Shown here piece by piece: positions 35,004 to 36,050 of a stretch of DNA of 36,050 bases (the stretch's first letter is position 1; the number at the start of each line of letters is the position of its first letter). The position numbers and the translations under genes were made by a program. The notes below the pieces were generated by a model. That model worked only from the letters and a program-made list of their open reading frames with translations, was not told the DNA's origin and did not search any database. Origin of the DNA: Candidatus Woesearchaeota archaeon CG1_02_57_44. Lineage in GTDB: Archaea > Nanobdellota > Nanobdellia > Woesearchaeales > CG1-02-57-44. Where the stretch lies: assembly GCA_001871415.1 (NCBI GenBank), contig MNWW01000029.1, positions 1-36,050 of the forward strand, given 5' to 3'.

Positions 35004-35981
35004 ATGAGCAGCGACCTCCATAGCAGGCTGGACGACACAACAATTAAGAATGGGCAGGCTATGCCACCTTCTGTGGCATCGACAGAAAAGCATGAGCCAA
35101 GAAGCCGCGTCCGCAAGCCGCAGCCAGGCTCCGGTTTTGCAGGTCAGCCAGCAACGTATCTTCGAGTCCTGCACGAGCATCGCAGGTTGTATCTCACGCT
35201 CCCCTTGGTAGGACTGCTGCTCGGCGCGCTCGCCGTCGTGCTCATCCCCCCACGATACGAGTCCACCGCTGTTGTCGAGCTCGCCCGGGTCAATGGCGGC
35301 TATGTCATCACTCCCATAGAGACACGTGAGCTGCTCAGCAGCGGACTGCTGCTCTCCGACCCGCTCAAGGACTTCAACATCTCGGATCATCTCGTCACCT
35401 TCATCGACAACAATCTTGACATCGAGCTCGTCAAGGAGGAGGTGGACTATCACAAGTTCTCTGTCACTCCCTATGTCAGGATCCGCCTGCGCGCCGACAC
35501 CCCGCAGCGCAGCCACGACATCCTGTCCCGGCTGGTCGAGGGCTTCCTCTCCCTGGAGGCCCTCGAGTACAATGAGCAACGAAGCCTGCTCATCACCTCC
35601 CAGGAGCGCAGGTCGCAGCTCGCCGACGAGCATGAGGCCTCCCGGAGGCAGACCATCGCCCTGTTGGACGCGCAGCTTGAGAGCGCCAGGGGCCTTCTTC
35701 AGAACACGACAGACGCCAGCGCGGCGCAGCTGCAGCTCGCCGCGCAGCAGTACATCACGGACATGGACGCGCAGCACGACGCCATCTACGAGCTGGAGCA
35801 GCAGAACCTGGAGGGCAAGCTCTCCCTCGAGGACCAGTTGACGCGCACCAAGCCCTTCCGTATAATAACACCGCCCACGCTCGCGCCGCACCAGGTCTTC
35901 CCCCGTCCAGGCATCCTGCTCGTGGGAGGATTCATTGGAGGCCTGCTCATCGCGCTGCTGTTCACGCTACGGGACGATTGA
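35004..35981 (+). CDS. Wzz/polysaccharide co-polymerase-like membrane protein
   Basis: TM1 is followed by PPRYESTAVV, an external domain with a long coiled coil, then Pro-rich IITPPTLAPHQVFPRP and a Gly-rich TM2 (LLVGGFIGGLLIALL). The start is uncertain. Confidence 0.72.
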   Translation: MSSDLHSRLDDTTIKNGQAMPPSVASTEKHEPRSRVRKPQPGSGFAGQPATYLRVLHEHRRLYLTLPLVGLLLGALAVVLIPPRYESTAVVELARVNGGYVITPIETRELLSSGLLLSDPLKDFNISDHLVTFIDNNLDIELVKEEVDYHKFSVTPYVRIRLRADTPQRSHDILSRLVEGFLSLEALEYNEQRSLLITSQERRSQLADEHEASRRQTIALLDAQLESARGLLQNTTDASAAQLQLAAQQYITDMDAQHDAIYELEQQNLEGKLSLEDQLTRTKPFRIITPPTLAPHQVFPRPGILLVGGFIGGLLIALLFTLRDD

Positions 35982-36050
35982 ACGCGTGACCCTCGCAGCG
36001 CTCGCTTGCCTCACAGCCCCTTTCCTCAGATCACCTTCCCCCCTCCCTCC

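Overview
This window is archaeal chromosomal DNA that looks DPANN-like, probably Woesearchaeota-type. That taxonomy is inferred from TATA boxes about 25-30 nt before apparently leaderless starts, an intron-containing tRNA and the gene content. The left third, on the minus strand, carries an AbrB-type regulator abutting a giant (~4,560 aa) membrane-anchored surface protein, followed by trmI and a DUF99 gene. The middle holds tRNA-Cys(GCA) with a 55-nt intron, a CxxCxxCC protein, a hypothetical protein and a doubly disrupted pspC. Divergent from pspC is a run of translin/C3PO, a non-canonical diadenylate-cyclase-domain protein, an M20 peptidase and an MBL hydrolase. The right part is a putative envelope/secretion locus: three paralogous small membrane proteins, two coiled-coil proteins, an unannotated 49-aa RHH regulator, a type IV pilus/type II-IV secretion ATPase, a membrane protein and a TadC/ArlJ-like platform protein, with no recognisable pilin. 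It ends with a GT-C-like membrane protein, a YdjM-like hydrolase, an orphan divergent ParB, a 5 x 21-bp phased repeat array and a Wzz-like protein. The strongest leads are (i) one small helical module recurring in the giant protein tail and in two proteins of the secretion locus, (ii) the translin plus variant-DAC pair, (iii) the ParB plus 21-bp array, and (iv) C/D-box-like elements in the tRNA intron. All calls are from motif reading by eye; no database searches were run.
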